Below, in pieces: positions 37,701 to 52,900 of a DNA stretch of 64,000 bases. The stretch lies in the NCBI GenBank assembly GCA_964106645.2, contig OZ067049.1; one strand, 5' to 3'. The stretch is from Podarcis pityusensis. Its lineage: Eukaryota. Position 1 is the stretch's first letter. The number at the start of each line of letters is the position of its first letter. A model generated the notes under the pieces. It worked only from the letters and a program-made list of their open reading frames with translations, searched no databases and was not told the origin of the DNA. The translations under genes and the position numbers were made by a program.

Positions 37701-40700
37701 TGTCTGGTTTTCAGGGCACATGACTTGTGGTTAGTGTGGCCACATATTCATCACTGAAGAAAGAGGAAAAACGCCACAACGTTTCACCAAAAAAAGAGGA
37801 CATATGAGGACACAAATGTGCAGGGAAAAGAGTGCCTGTGCTAATTTCCATTTCTAGATGCAAATTTACCAACAATTAGCAAATTTAGTGACACGGGTCA
37901 CTTGGTCATCATCTTCCCCACCTGGTGAGATGAATAGAAATGTGATTCAACTCCCTAGAGAGAGGAAGATGGTGACCTGTGTGACTGCTGTCCATCAAGG
38001 GACAGCATCCAGGGCCCTGCTCTCAATACCCTTCTGGTACTTTACCTTGAAACAGACAGCCCTTCAAACAGAGGGCACGTTCAAAGAGAGAACTGCCCTC
38101 TCACAAATAGAGGGCTGTCTGTTTCAAAGTAGGACAAGTGGCTTTTCTCCCTGTGGTGAAAATGTAAATAAGAATCCCCCATTTTTCTGTCTCCCCCTTA
38201 GTGTGTGGTGGTGAGCTGACTGGTACTTACGGCTCAATTAATTCACCTGGCTATCCTGGCAACTACCCTCCCAACAAGGACTGCTACTGGATCGTCTCGA
38301 CCAATCCCAACCTCCTCATCACGTTTGCTTTTGGCACACTGAGTCTTGAGCACCATGATAATTGCAGCCAGGACTACCTGGAGGTAAAATCTGTTAGAAG
38401 AAAAATGTTACTCATAACACACGCTGCTTTGGATAGAAGATTACTGGTGCAGTCCTATGCATTTCTACTCAGAAGTAAGTCCCACAGAGGTCCATGGGAT
38501 TTACTTCCAGATAAGTGTGCATAAAACGGCAGTTGAAAACACTTAAAAATTAGAAACTTTGCCATATGTGAGGAGAGGTAATTCTCCTTGATAGGCCAGT
38601 ATAATCCAATTTGAACCATTATTTTGTCACAAACACCTGCATAAAGACTCCAGCTGTCCAGATAAGCAGCTTAAATAAATGTCAACTTCAAATACAGTTG
38701 TACCTTGGTTTTCGAACAGCTTAGTTCTCGAACGTTTTGGCTCCCGAACGTTGCAAACTATTTTTGGAAGCCGAATGTCCGACAAGGCTTTTGCGGCTTC
38801 TGATTGGCTGCAGGAGCTTCCAGTAACCAATCAGAAGATGCGCTTTGGTTTTTGAACGTTTTGAAACTCAAACGGACTTCTGGAATGGATTCCATTTGAC
38901 TTCCAAGGTACGACTGTAGATGCTATACTGACAGCTCCCAGAATTCTTTGGGGGAAAGCCATGACTGTTTAAAGTCATATCTTAGTGCTTTAAATGCATG
39001 GTGGGAATGTGGCCGTAGTCGTGCTTTTAGATGGGACTTAAATTAACCAGGAGTAACTTGGTTTCATTGGGGCTACTAGAAATTGGATTAAGTTCACCCC
39101 ATTAAGTGCATATGTGTGTGACATGATATGAATATGTGGATTGGTGCTTTTATTTAGATTCGAGATGGTCTCCTCCCTCAAGATCCCCTCCTTGGAAGAT
39201 ATTGCAGCTCTGTGTTGCCACCTCCTCTTCAAACCACTGGCCCATATGGCTTGGTTCATTTCCGTTCCGATGGTTCTAATAGTGACAGAGGCTTCCATAT
39301 CACATACACAACATCAGCCGGTAAGTGTGTTTTTGCATACCGGGTCTACAGTTGCAGCTCTTTACAGGGCAAACAGATGCTGTTTTGAGTAACCTTTTCT
39401 TTTTCATCAATGCAGCGGATCCCAACTGTGGTGGAAACTATACAGGCAGCAGTGGGGTTATCCTGTCCCCCTACTGGCCCAATCATTACCTTAACAACAG
39501 GCAATGTATCTACATCATCCGACAACCACCTGGTGAAAAAATGATCCTCAATTTTACACACCTGGAGTTGGACAGTCATCCCAGCTGCAATTGGAACTAC
39601 GTTGAGGTGACTTTGATAGAATCATCACATTGTAGAGCTGGAAGGTTGGCTTTGAGAGGAGGAGGAAGAGGAGGATGGGCCAAATGAGATGAGACATTTG
39701 TTAAAGATGTGATGGGATTCCCCATCTTTTAACATCTATTTAAAAAACAATCGTGGTGGGGATTATCCTGGTTTGGACGAGATAGTGGCATGCTGGAGGA
39801 GAGGTGTTTTATCCCTTTTTCCCTGCAATATTTTCCTGATTGAAATCAACCCTATCTGCACCATTAAGGAAGACCTTCCATGGGTACCTTAGGAGTTACT
39901 GGCCAGCAACCTTCTGGGTAACCCCTTCTCCCTCTGGTCCGTGGTCCTGGTATATTTTGAAGGGGCTCATGATACTTTATAAAAGAAATTGAAAGTGATA
40001 GGAGATCTATTCAAGCATCTCTAGAATATCTCTGCACCAAAAAAAAATGGTGGAGAAGAGTTTCTGGCTTAGGATATGCAAGGAAATAGACATTCAACTT
40101 CATTAGGGTCCAAAAGCCACAGAGGACAAGTTATCTCATCAATCAACAAAAGGCAAAGGTAGATCAGCACAGAAACATAACTATGATAAGACTGACTCTT
40201 TATCATCTCCGTATGATTGAGTGCTCAAGTTGCAGTGTGCCAAATACAAGATAAGGATAAGCATTGCTCAGTGAGTTTGCTTTGCCAGAGCCGTATTCTG
40301 CAAAGGGCCCTGTGACTTTAAGAGGTGCATAGAAGGCAGAATTGCACCAGGAGTAGCTTCTCCCAGCACAGAATGGAGTGCCATGATGGCTATGCTCCTT
40401 ACCTCTGAATGCCAGTTGTTGGAATCACAAGTGGGGAGAGTGATGATTGCATCCAGGCATCTGGGTGCTCACTGTGATAACAGGATGCTAGATTAGTTGG
40501 GCCTTTGGCCTGACCCAGCAGGACAGAAGCTGTTATAGAAGTATAAAAGATGCATGGTTCTCAGGTGCTAAAACGGCCAACAGTAATATTGGGTCCAAAA
40601 TATATATTGGCCAGATTCAAATAATTATGTAATTTGTTCCCTAAATCTATGGGGCTGTAGATTTGTTTCTCCTCCCTCAAGGAGGAGAAACTTATCCCTC

Positions 40701-41085
40701 TGCAGAAACTTCTCTTGAAACTAAGAATTGCAAGAAAATGGGGGGAGGAGAATTAAAGGCCTCCAACTATCAAAGGGAAGATAAGACAAAATCTGGGAAA
40801 TCTTAACTATGGAAATGATCTCACATCAATTAAAACAGGTGTGAGGAACATCTCCAGATGTTGATGACTACAACTCCCATCGGTCCCAGAAAGCATGGGC
40901 AATGGTCAGGGATGATGGGAGTTGTAGTCCAGCAACATCTGAAGAGGGCCAAAGTTTCCCCACACCTGAGTTAAGGCTACAGCTAACCCCGAATTTAGCA
41001 ACTGCTTTATAGGGAAATGGTGTTTGGTTCTAGATGTAATCAACTTAGCTAACTGAAATTCTATTCACTGGCACTCTACTGATTA

Positions 41086-41121
<36 letters not shown>

Positions 41122-44100
41122 GGCTAAAATGACATACAGTATTCTTTTATACACGTCCAAGCACTTTTTAATATAAATTTTCTTTATTATTATAAATTTT
41201 ATACAATTTTAACATCAGAAGGTTTTACAATCATAATAACCTAAATACAGTCAAGAGCATTTCTCATTTGTTTTCAGGTGTGCCAGATTTTTCACAAAAT
41301 CCCTTATTTTGCTCTTCATTAATATTATTCTTTAGACTCCATCATTTTAACCTCTTAGGTCACATATATATCTTTGATAGTTTTCCAGATGTGCCCCAAT
41401 ATCTCCCTCCCCCCATACTCGTTACTTCCCTTCACCCATGTGAGATCTTCTTTACACAATATTATTCCTCGTTGTGTTAACCGAAGTTTATATTTATTAT
41501 TCCATATATATTATAGTACGTCTTGTCTCCTTCCGTGGTTTACCTATTGCATATTAAATTTAAACTCTAAATCCTAATCTTTCTATATATTCCTTTACAC
41601 ACTCCCACTCTTTGTTGATTTTTTGATTTGAGCAGCCCCTAATTGTTGCCGTTAATTTTGCCATCTCAGCAAATTCACAGATTTTAGCTCTCCATTCTGA
41701 TATTTGTGGGTTGTTTCCCCCCCCCCCCCCGTTTTTCCCCCATTAATAATCTGGCCGCTGCTGTTGCATAAAGAAATACATTCCTTTTGTCCTTGGGGAT
41801 GTCACTCGTTATTAAGCCCAGCAAATATGCTTCCAGCTTTTTAGAAATTGAACTCTTGAATATCTTTTTTAGCTCTTCATGTACCGATGTCCAAAATTGT
41901 TTGACCACCTTGTACCCCCACCACATATGGCACATAGTCCCTTCCTCTGATTTACATTTCCAGCAGAGATTTGATTTTTTAAAAAAATAAATCCTTGCTA
42001 ATTTTACTGGAGTGACATACCAGTGGTAAAACATCTTCATTATATTTTCTTTTATCAAATTGCAAGCCGTAAAATTTATATCGGTTCTCCATCTAGCTAG
42101 GTGAATTGTCTGGCCTAGATCTTGTGACCATTTTATCATTGTTTATTTTATTATTTCATCTTTCAGTTCCCATTCCAGGAGTAAACTATACATTCTCGAT
42201 ATTCGTCTCTTATTTGGTTGTAGGAGTTCACTTTGTAATTTTGATGTTTTCTTTTCAAATCCAATTTTTTGTCTTCTTTAAAACAGTGCACTACTTGGTA
42301 ATATTGTAGCCAACTATTACAGTAATTCTTAATTTCTTCATAGGGTTTTAATCTTACATCACCTTGCTCTTTAACTAATAGCTGTTCATATGTTGACCAA
42401 CCCTTTCCCATATTTTGCTTTTTCATGGTTACAACTTCTAAGGGAGATACCCACCAGGGTATCTTTGGTTCTAAGAGCCATCGGTAATTCGCCTAAGCCT
42501 TGTATAATGACTTCCTGATTATATGCTTCAGGAAGTCCTTATTTACAGCCACCTTATCATAAACTAGGTAGGCGTGCCAAGCGTAGCGGTTGTTCCATCC
42601 TTCCAAGTCTAGAATCTCCGTATTTCTTAGCATGACCCAGTCTTTAATCCATCCTAAGCAAGATGCATGATAATATAATTTCAAATCCAGGAGGCCAAGC
42701 ACTTTTGCTGTGTCTGATTAACTTGAGCTTTTTCCTGAATATGAATTAGTTTATTAATATACTCTGTTATTCTAAAGTATATCCAAAAGAGTTGAGGTGG
42801 TCTTTAAAATAAAATAAAGACTTTAAATTCCAGTAAAAAAAATCTGGGGGGGGGGTTCCACATCTAGTTTCCATGTGGCATCAGGACAGCTGTTCAAAAA
42901 CAGCAGTCAAAAATTTCCCCATGCTACTGAAAACCCCTCGCTTCAGGCTCTTTGGGTCTCAGCCATCATCTGGGGATCAGCTGACTCATTTGTCTTTATA
43001 TAGCTTGAAACTTGCCTTTTGAGGGTGGAAAAATGTGAAAGGGTTCCTGTGGACTATCTTTAATATAAACCGAACTGTTATCTACAGCTTTGGCTTGTTG
43101 CTGTAATAACATTGCTCCTTCCTTCCTTCCTTCCTTTGACATTGCTTGGAACGAAGTGTAATTAATTTCCAAATCAAGGGGAAGCCTGGTGTGTAATGAA
43201 AACAGACAGCTTCTGTTTGTTTGGGCTCATAATTCCCTCCCCTAATTGCTGGCAAAACGGCAGTGAAATCCACTGCAACAAGAGGAACAAAACTGTTTCT
43301 GCCAGGCCCAATCACTTTGTGTTAATTCAGCAAAGCATTTACCTTGTTATTTGGCGATCAAATGCAGGAAGTGTAGCTTTGTTCTGATGTGTCTGCATTT
43401 CTTTGGCAACTCCTGGCACCCTGATTCCTTGCACATCCACTCAGCTGAGGAATGGAAGCACAGAACACTATAAAAAATGGCTAACTACCCAATACTGGAA
43501 CTGCTTTAAAGCATCCTAACGAGAGGTGGGGAGATGTTTCTTGCTATTGTTTTCCTTTCCATGAAAGTTCATTGAAAGGCTATTATGCAGGTCATGTAGG
43601 GTACCTCCAGACTGCCACTGTTTTTCAAGAGAGGCTCAAGTGTGTATTGTCAATTTAGGTTTCTGCAATTAAAGTAGATGTAATGCTCTGCCGCCCCCAG
43701 CGCAGCAAATCCACTTTAAAAAGAAACCCAGACTTTTTGCTGTTAGGAAAGTGATGCAGAAATGCACTGAAAAGTTTGGCACAAACAAATGATTAATGGA
43801 AAGACATACAAACACCCCACAAATGAGATCGAGATGAGTGCTTGTTATCCTATAACCTTCCCGCAAACAAATCAGAATAAATGCTCGACAAAGACCAAAT
43901 ATAACAGGTGCTTTTTTTTTCAGCCAGAGTGTGCCGGTGCTATCAACAGCAAGTTATTTGTATGACACTTTTTATATATACCTCCCTATTTAGAGGGGAA
44001 TCCCATGCACAAGTGCATGTAGTATGGATTATATTGTACATTGTGTGTACATGCCACTCTGTATGGTGTACGCCAGCTATTCTTAAGTGGCTTCTTCTTT

Positions 44101-46852
44101 CAGTTTCATTGTCACGGACACACTTAAATGCACCCCAGAAAGCTGTGTCTAATTGCAGCTCAGTATAATGGAGGCACACAGATGTTTCAGAAATGTGACA
44201 CGGCATATTTTTAATTGAAAACACACGAGAACAGCCCTTAGTGCCTGGGATCACTAAGAAGATGGTGCTGCTCAGATATCTTACCATGATAGCAGGATAT
44301 TTCATGCAGAAAGGTCAATCTGATACTAGCCTAAGGATTAAAATTATACAGGTATGTCAGTCCCTGGCTATGCAGGACTTTATGGGTCACATTATACCAG
44401 CATGTTTAAAATAAATCAGAAATCTATTAACAGCTGTGAACTGAGATTAAGGTGGTTTATCCTTCCACTGTTTTCAGGTTGCATTCTACCCAAGACAAAG
44501 GTTTAGCACATTTCCAGTGGAGGCTGGTCCATTAGTACAAATGGGGCACACACAAATGTGTGATTCTTTTTTTTAATAGATTGCAGGCTTGTTCTGTGAT
44601 ACAGGATTTTGACATGGAGCAGGGGGCAAGGGCTTGAACTCTTTGCCCCATGCTGTTGTCTCAAACTGGATCTATGTGCAGTTGGAGCAAGCGGAAGCTT
44701 TCCCCATTCCCACAACACAAGTGGTGTATGTCCAGTCTGGATCAGCACCACAGTGTGGGGGTGAAACATTAAAGCTCCTGTAACACCCCCCCACCTCTCC
44801 CAGTAGTAGTTGTGTGCTCTGGATCCCTTCCCAACAGATTTACATTTTAAAAAGCTTACACACACTTGCCAATCCCATGGCTGCCATCACGGCTAGTTTA
44901 GCACTAGTGGCAGATGAGGTCCTGTGTTACTGGTTTGTTCTGGTATTTCCCCTCCGTTCTCATCATTTCTTTCATTAAGGCTTTCATGAAGAGTGTGCCA
45001 GGATGCAGGCCAGGGCTGGATTTAGGTTTGATAAGGCCTTAAGCTACTTAAGGTAATGGGGCCCTTTATATGTCCAGCTGTCCTTTGTCAACAACAAATT
45101 GTCACTTTTTTGTGTTGAATATATGCTATATGGACGTAACAGGTATCTAAAGCTATTTGCACATAACAAAATATGTGTTTTATCAAAGTAATTGATACAC
45201 AAATGAGCAAACCAGTGTTATTTTAGGGCGCAGGCTGGCAGGCGGGGCCCATTACTTACATCATAGGAGCTACACAACACAAAACACTGTTGCTGTGTGT
45301 AGGTTTTATTTTATTTGGTTTTTTTTATCTTATATTTTGGAAATGTACATCCAGGTGTTTTTTTCCTTTAAATTTTTTTGGGGCCCCCATGAGAGTGGGG
45401 CCCTAAGCTATAGCTTGTTTAGCTTACACGTAAATCCGGCACTGGTGCAGGCATATCTGAAATAACACCATCTAACTTGTGAATGGTTCCTCTAGCCACT
45501 AGAGATTTGTGAATGATTCAGAGGGACTAAGAGGAGAGGTTGCCAGATCTTTAACAGCTTACATGTAAAGATTAAAATCACCTTTCTACCTTCTTCAGCA
45601 GCCAATATGGGAGACACCAGTTTGGTAAGCAGCAGGTGTGTTTGAATGTTGTTGTTTCTTGAACTGGAATTTGAATTGGTCTGGGGCACACCCAGCCATT
45701 CCCTTGAAAAGATGGTTCTGGTTGATGCTTACCTTTTCAGTGGTTTCATCTTCTTTTGTGGTCTAGGTCCGGGATGGTGACACTGAGATGGACCCCTTAA
45801 TCAACAAGTTCTGTGGCAACAATACACTTCCTTCAGCTATCACTTCCCATGGCAGCAACCTCTGGGTCAAGTTCAAGTCCGATACCTCAGTACAAAGATC
45901 TAGCTTCAGGGCTGTTTATGATGTCGGTAAGGGAAATGGTTCATAAATGCCGTGAGTCCTCACTTGAACCCAGGAGAAAATCAACTGAGCAAATTATTAT
46001 CCCTTACCTGTGCAACACCCCCCTGTGGGTGGGCCGTTATGTATTTTCTCCCATAGAACTCACTGGTGTCTGTTGGTGTTTATAGGACTAGACATGAGAA
46101 AAACTCTGATGGAGCGAATTCAGGTTTCATTAGTCAATCTCTCTAAAGATTTATTAATCAATTCTAAAGTGAAATTCCATGGACAACCTGAGATGTGGTA
46201 AAGAGTTGTAGCTCAGTGGTAGAGCATATGCTTTTGCACGCAAAAGGGCCTAGGTCAGCGGTTCTCAACCTGTGGGTCCCCAGATGTTGTTGGACTACAA
46301 CTCCCATCATCCCTAGCTAGCAAGGCCAGAGCTCAGGGATGATGGGAGTTGTAGTCCAACAACATCTGGGGACCCACAGGTTGAGAACCACTGGCCAAGG
46401 TCCAATTACTTGCATCTCCAAGTAGGACTGGGAATGACTTCTCCCTGATATCCTGGAGCTCCACTGCCAGCCAGGTAGGTCACACTGAGCTTTATGGACC
46501 AATGGTCTGACTCAGTATAAGGCAGCACCCTAGGTTTCAATTACTTTTAAATAAAGTTGATAGGGGAAAGAGAAGACATTACCAGGTTCTCACACGTCAT
46601 CATGATGGAGCACACTATGGACTATAGCTATAAGTATCCCAGGTAGGTGATGGAACATGCGGTAGGACTCAGGTTTGATCTTTAGCATGTCTAGGTAGAG
46701 TTTTCTCTCTGAAACCCTGGGGAGCCACTGCCAGTCAGTGTGTACAATATTGAATTTGGATCAATAGTTTTGTTTGAATTTGGATCAGTAGTTTTGTTTG
46801 GTTTGAAACAGGGTGGATTTGATTTAAATCATTTATTTATTTTTACAGAAAT

Positions 46853-46904
<52 letters not shown>

Positions 46905-49900
46905 AAAGACTCATCCTTGCTGGTATAATTTTAATATTTACAACCAGGTGAAGGTTTCATTTTTGGGATAATAAATTTTCAGAGTAGTTTTTACAGTTAT
47001 ATAAAAAATTACTGATTTGGGTATACTATTAGAAATACATAGACAGATAATTATGAAATTATTGTGAGGTTTAATAAGTTAAGTATATTTCTACTGTACT
47101 TTATTGGAAGAAGAAAAATAATCGTTTCTTTAATAACAATTTAAACAATTCATTTAACTAAAAAAATTACATTATAGCATATGTATCCATGTTTGTTAAC
47201 TGATGTGGTTAAACAAATTCTTTTTTAAAAAAAACTTAGACCGAGTTTTAGCACACATGAAAAAATTAAAACAAATCCTTATTTCCTGATGAATAGCCTT
47301 TGGACTGTAATGTAACTTAAATAGAAAACTATCTTTAGAAAGAGTTTTCCCCCAAAAGCATTTTATTTTAAAAATCTGATTTAAATTTTTAAAAATCTGA
47401 TTATTTATTGATTTATTTATTTTAAAAAGCCATTGATGTTTATCCACCCTGGTTTGAAACTGCTTCCTAGTATTATCAGTAGAATTACTAATGGTCCATT
47501 TCTATTGGCAGCCTGTGGAGGAGCTTTGTCCGGTGAAGGTGTCATCAGATCACCCTATTATACCAGGCCATTGTCTCATTACAAGATCTGCGAGTGGATC
47601 ATCTCTCAGCCAGAAGGCCATCGAGTGATTCTGAACTTCACTGACTTTCGGCTTCATAACATCAGCAGTTGTGAATTGGATTATGTTGAGGTGAAGTGTC
47701 TTTTTTAAAAAAAGAAAGAAACCCAAATATAAATGTTGGTTTATTGAGTTCAATTTTACCAATAGACTTAGATCTCAATTCTAAGTGTCAGTTCCTGTAA
47801 AACTGATGGGACTTTTATTCTGAGGAAACATATTTAGGGTTCAAATGAGGGAGGCAGGAGTGAAAGAGAGACAGAATAGAGTACTTCAAAGTTGGGTGAA
47901 TCTGTCCGTTTTCTGTTTTTATTTTTATTTTTCAATCTTAAATACAGCTCTCCATGTTTCCACATCTGTTTGCAATTATTTTGAAAGTCCTAATGAAAAT
48001 TCATCAGTAAATTTCTCCTAAAATACACACATTTCTGTGCAATTTGGCTTACTGTACACATTATTGCAAAACACCTCCCCGTAATGTAATGATTTTTTGG
48101 TATGTTGTTTTCATTAATATGTGCACTTTACTCCAGCACATGCATTTTTGCACACATTACTTGGATGGAGAAATGCACTACAAAATTTAGAGAAGGAGAG
48201 CCGCATTTCGGTTCTGTTATTGTTTTGGAAAGCATGGATTAGGTAGGGCCACCTTTAAGTGTGAAAAGAATAACATTCCACTACAGTAGCACTACAGTAG
48301 GACGTGGGTGGCACTGTGGGCCAGAGCCTAGGGCTTGCTGATCAGAAGGTCGGCGGTTCGAATCCCCGCAACAGGGTGAGCTCCTGTTGCTCGGTCCCTG
48401 CTCCTGCCAGCCTAGCAGTTCGAAAGCATGGCAAACTGCAAGTAGAAATAGGTACCGCTCTGGCGGGAAGGTAAATGGTGTTTCCGTGCGCTGCTTTGGT
48501 TCGCCAGAAGCGGCTTTGTCATGCTGGCCACATGACCTGGAAGTTGTATGTCGGCTCCCTCGGCCAGTAAAGCGAAATGAGCGCAGCAACCCCAGAGTCA
48601 TCCGTGACTGGACATAACGGTCAGGGGTCCCTTTACCTTTACCTTTACAGTAGCTGAAGGACCATCACCCATGGGTAGAGAGCAATTTTGCATGCAGGAG
48701 GTCCTTGGTTCAATCCCTGAAATATTTGAGTGAAACCCTGGAAAGCCACTGCCACTCAGTGTGTAGATGATGATGATGATGATGATTTATTATTCATACC
48801 CTGCCCATCTGGCTGGGTTTCCCCAGCCACTCCGGACGGCTCCCTTCAGATGTCTTCTAAAAGACAGATAGTTGTTTATTTCCTTGACAACTGATGGGAG
48901 GGCATTCCACAGGGCAGGTGCCACCACCGAGAAGGCCCTCTGCCTGGTTCCCTGTGAGGGAACCACCAGAAGGCCCTCAGCACTGGACCTCAGTGTCCGG
49001 GCAGAATGATGGGGGTGGAGACACTCCCTCAGGTATACTGGGCTGAGGCTGTTTAGGGCAGGCATTGGCAAACTTGGCCCTCCATATATTTTGGGACTAC
49101 AGCTCCCATCATCCCTAGCTAACAGGACCAGGGGTCAGGGATGATGAGAACTGTAGTCCCAAAACATCTGGAGGGCCAAGTTTGCCTATGCCTGGTTTAG
49201 GGCTTTAAATGTCAGCACCAACACTTTGAATTGTGCTTGGAAGCATACTGAGAGCCAATGTAGGTCTTTCAGGACCGGTGTTATATGGTCTCGGCAGCCA
49301 TTCCCAGTCACCAGTCTAGCTGCCACATTCTGGATTAGTTGTAATTTCCGGGTCACCTTCAAAGGTAGCCCCACATAGAGCGCATTGCAATAGTCCAAGC
49401 AAGAGATAACTAGAGCATGTACCACTCTGGCGAGACAGTCTGCGGGCAAGTAGTGTCTCAGCCTGCATACCAGATGGAGCTGATAGACAGCTGACCTGGA
49501 CACATGGCCTGACTCTGTACATGCCTGCTTCCTATGTATGCTTAATGTGGCAGCTATTTCACGAGTTCTGCACATTTGCCCCCTTGCAGGTCAGAGATGG
49601 AAACAATGTGAATGCTCCTTCCTTGGGGAAATACTGTGGCGAAACTGTGCCTTCAGTAATTCAATCTATGCGTAACAATCTATATATCAAATTCAGAGCT
49701 TCTTCTGCTGAAAACCTTGGCTTCCTAGCTGAATACAAGTCTTTGGATGCAGGTAAATGTTGCCTCCCTTCCCCCACTCTCTCTCCTTTTGACTCCCCGC
49801 CATTGTCACCAAATTACCTGGACTGATGTAATGAAAAGCAATTAAATTGTATAATTAAATGCACTTTTTCTGGAGAAAGTACAGTCGTTACAAAGGGCTT

Positions 49901-52900
49901 AAATGCACAATGCAAACGCTTTTCTATAAAGTTAGAAAGTTTTTAACAAAAAAGTATATTATAATCAAACTGCTTTAAGGATTTATTAACTGTCTCCATA
50001 GCTGCCTTGTGATGCCTTGATTTCTACCCTGTTTTCCTCTGTGGTATAGCATGTGGAGGGACTCTCACAGAACCAAATGGAATCATCTCAAGTCCTGGCT
50101 ACCCAACGATCTACCCGCATGGTGTCAGATGTGCATGGACCATCTTAGTTCAGCCTGGTCACTTGATCCGTCTGACCTTTTCATATTTCTACTTGGAATT
50201 TGATTATAACTGCAACAGAGATTACCTTGAAATCTATGACAACAGCACTATGACAACGCTGGGGCGGTATGTATATATAAAATCTGCAATCTGATACAGC
50301 AGGTGTGGGGAGCTTTTGGCTCTCCAGATGTTGCTCCCATCATCCCTTTGCCATTGACAGTGTTTGCTAAGGCTGATGGGAGTTGCAGTTCAATAACTTC
50401 TGGAGGGCCAAAGATTCCCAGCACCTGCCACACATGCTAATATGGAGGAATAAATCCTATAGAATTCAGTGCAACTTGTGAGTAAACAGGTACACGACTG
50501 TAAGTGTCCTTGATGTAGCCTGCTATCACATCAAGCTGTTTTACAACCTTTTAAACCCTTCAGAGTGGCTGGGGCAACACAGATGGGCAGGGTACGAATT
50601 ATACTATCATCATCATCATCATCCACTATCTAACTTTAATCAATACCCTGTCCTTTCTTTGTCACAACTTTGCCAGCCATCCTCTTTAAGGTATGGTAAA
50701 ACAGAACAGTCCAATTTTTCTGCTCCTTACTACTTTGAAGGCTAAAATATTAACTGAACATTTTCAAATGTATGGTGGTGACATACTCGATTGCACATTT
50801 TTCCACCAGAGGTTATTTTATATTTGTTTGTTTATTGCATTTATATCTCGCCTTTCCCCCAAAGAGCTCAAGATGGTCCCATGGTTCTTCCCCTCCCCGA
50901 ATCCCCACAAAAACCCTGTGAGGTAGGTTAGGCAGAGAGTTGGTGACTGGTCCAAGGTCACCCAGTGAGCTTTATGGCTAAGTAGGGATTTGAAAATGGG
51001 TCTCAAAAGGGGGTTGATCTAACAGGTCCGTTATATGCTATTTATAATTGTTTTGTCTCAGGTACTGTGGGAGGTCGGTCCCACCATCTATGACCAGCGG
51101 TGGCAACACGTTAATGTTATCTTTTGTGACAAACCGCAATATTGCCTCTGAAGGGTTCTCGGTTAATTATGTTTCGTTGAATTCATCTACAGGTACGCTT
51201 TGACAATCACTGTGTCCAGGACCGGTGTTCTTGTTAGGTTCCCTGAGACTGGCTTCTTGGGAAGCAGATGCTAGGGTGGGTGGGGATGTGTTTGCCACGT
51301 AAGCTGCCCTGCAGCCCCTGATCCATCTTGCTGACCTCAGGTGTTGCGTGGAGGTAGGTTTGGGACAAATCAGCTTCAAACAGCAATCCAGTTGGCTAGT
51401 GTGCTTAACAGCTGGCAGTCCCACATAGGGAGGAATGCAGCATTCAAGCCTGGCTGTAACTAGTAAAAGTAAAGGGACCCCTGACCATTAGGTCCAGTCG
51501 TGACCAACTCTGGGGTTGTGGCGCTCATCTCGCTTTACTGGCCGAGGGAGCCGGCGTACATCTTCCAGGTCATGTGGCCAGCAGGACTAAGCCGCTTCTG
51601 GCAAACCAGAGCAGCACACAGAAACGCCGTTTACCTTCCCGCCTGAGCGGTTCCTATTTATCTACTTGCACTTTGACGTGCTTTCGAACTGCTAGGTTGG
51701 CAGGAGCAGGGACCGAGCAATGGGAGCTCACCCCGTCGTGGGGATTTGAACCGCTGACCTTCTGATCGGCAAGCCCTAGGCTCTGTGGTTTAACCCACAG
51801 CACCACCCGCGTCCCTCTGGCTGTAACTAGCCCATGATTAATTGAGGCTTGCCTTCTCCCAACAGGGCTGCAGCTAGTGACTGATGATAATGTCAGGGAA
51901 GAGGAGATCTTACTTAGTCCTTGGATTTTGAGTGAGCAAAGGCTGGCAAGGAATGTCATGCCTGGCAAATGCATTCACTCCAAGCTGCAGAGGGATAAAG
52001 ATTCAATTTGAAATGTCTGTGGCTGAATGTTTCTAAACGGGCTTGCTTTTGAACTTACCCACAAAGGGTCTTTGTTTGGACTCCTTCTTTTCTCCGAGTT
52101 GGTAAAATTAAGTCAGTTAATTATGTTACTCTGTGCCAGTACCAGCAGGATTTCAAGTGCTGAGATTTTCTTCCATTGTCTGCAAAAAATAATAATAATA
52201 GAAGAAGATAGAGTATGTTCTGTAGGGGGGTGCAGGGTGAGTTGGAGGTTGCAAATATTAGGATAAAAGGACTCTCGGGGAAAGTAGCAAAACTCTTTTG
52301 ACAGGGAGAGATCAAATTAAAAGGAAAATCATGCCCAATGCAAGACCCTTCATCTAGCTTTTAAAATTAGAATCTTGGCAAATAATGGATCTGAAATGTG
52401 TTTCTGGAGGAACAGGAGAGGGAAATGTCCCGGCTTTAATTTTCTCGGTTGCACAATGATGCATAAGAAAGAGACAACAAAATGGTGTTTTAATCTTCCA
52501 CTGGTTGTTTACACAGTTCAGCTTCCAGCAACTTTTATTGCCCTTTGCATGAGAGCCAGCTTTGGACTGGCTTGGACTGGCAGGGATCAGAACCAGAAGG
52601 GTCTAGCCATCTTCACACCCTGGCAGAGAAAGTTGTGCACAGCTACTCAGTACTATTTTACTCTCCCCTGGGCAAGCTGGAATTCATATACTGAAAATGG
52701 ATGGAAGCACAAAGTTTCTCCTAATGGTTAATAAAAGCACCAAGACATCAGGCGATTTCCTGTTATTGACAAAGATCACCAACCCAAAACTTTGTGCATG
52801 CACTATTTATAATTCACATGGATAGCATTTAATCTAGGAGCTGGATGCTGTGTTACTGAATAGGGTACCTCTGTTCCAGTTGGGAAATGAAAAAGGAAGA

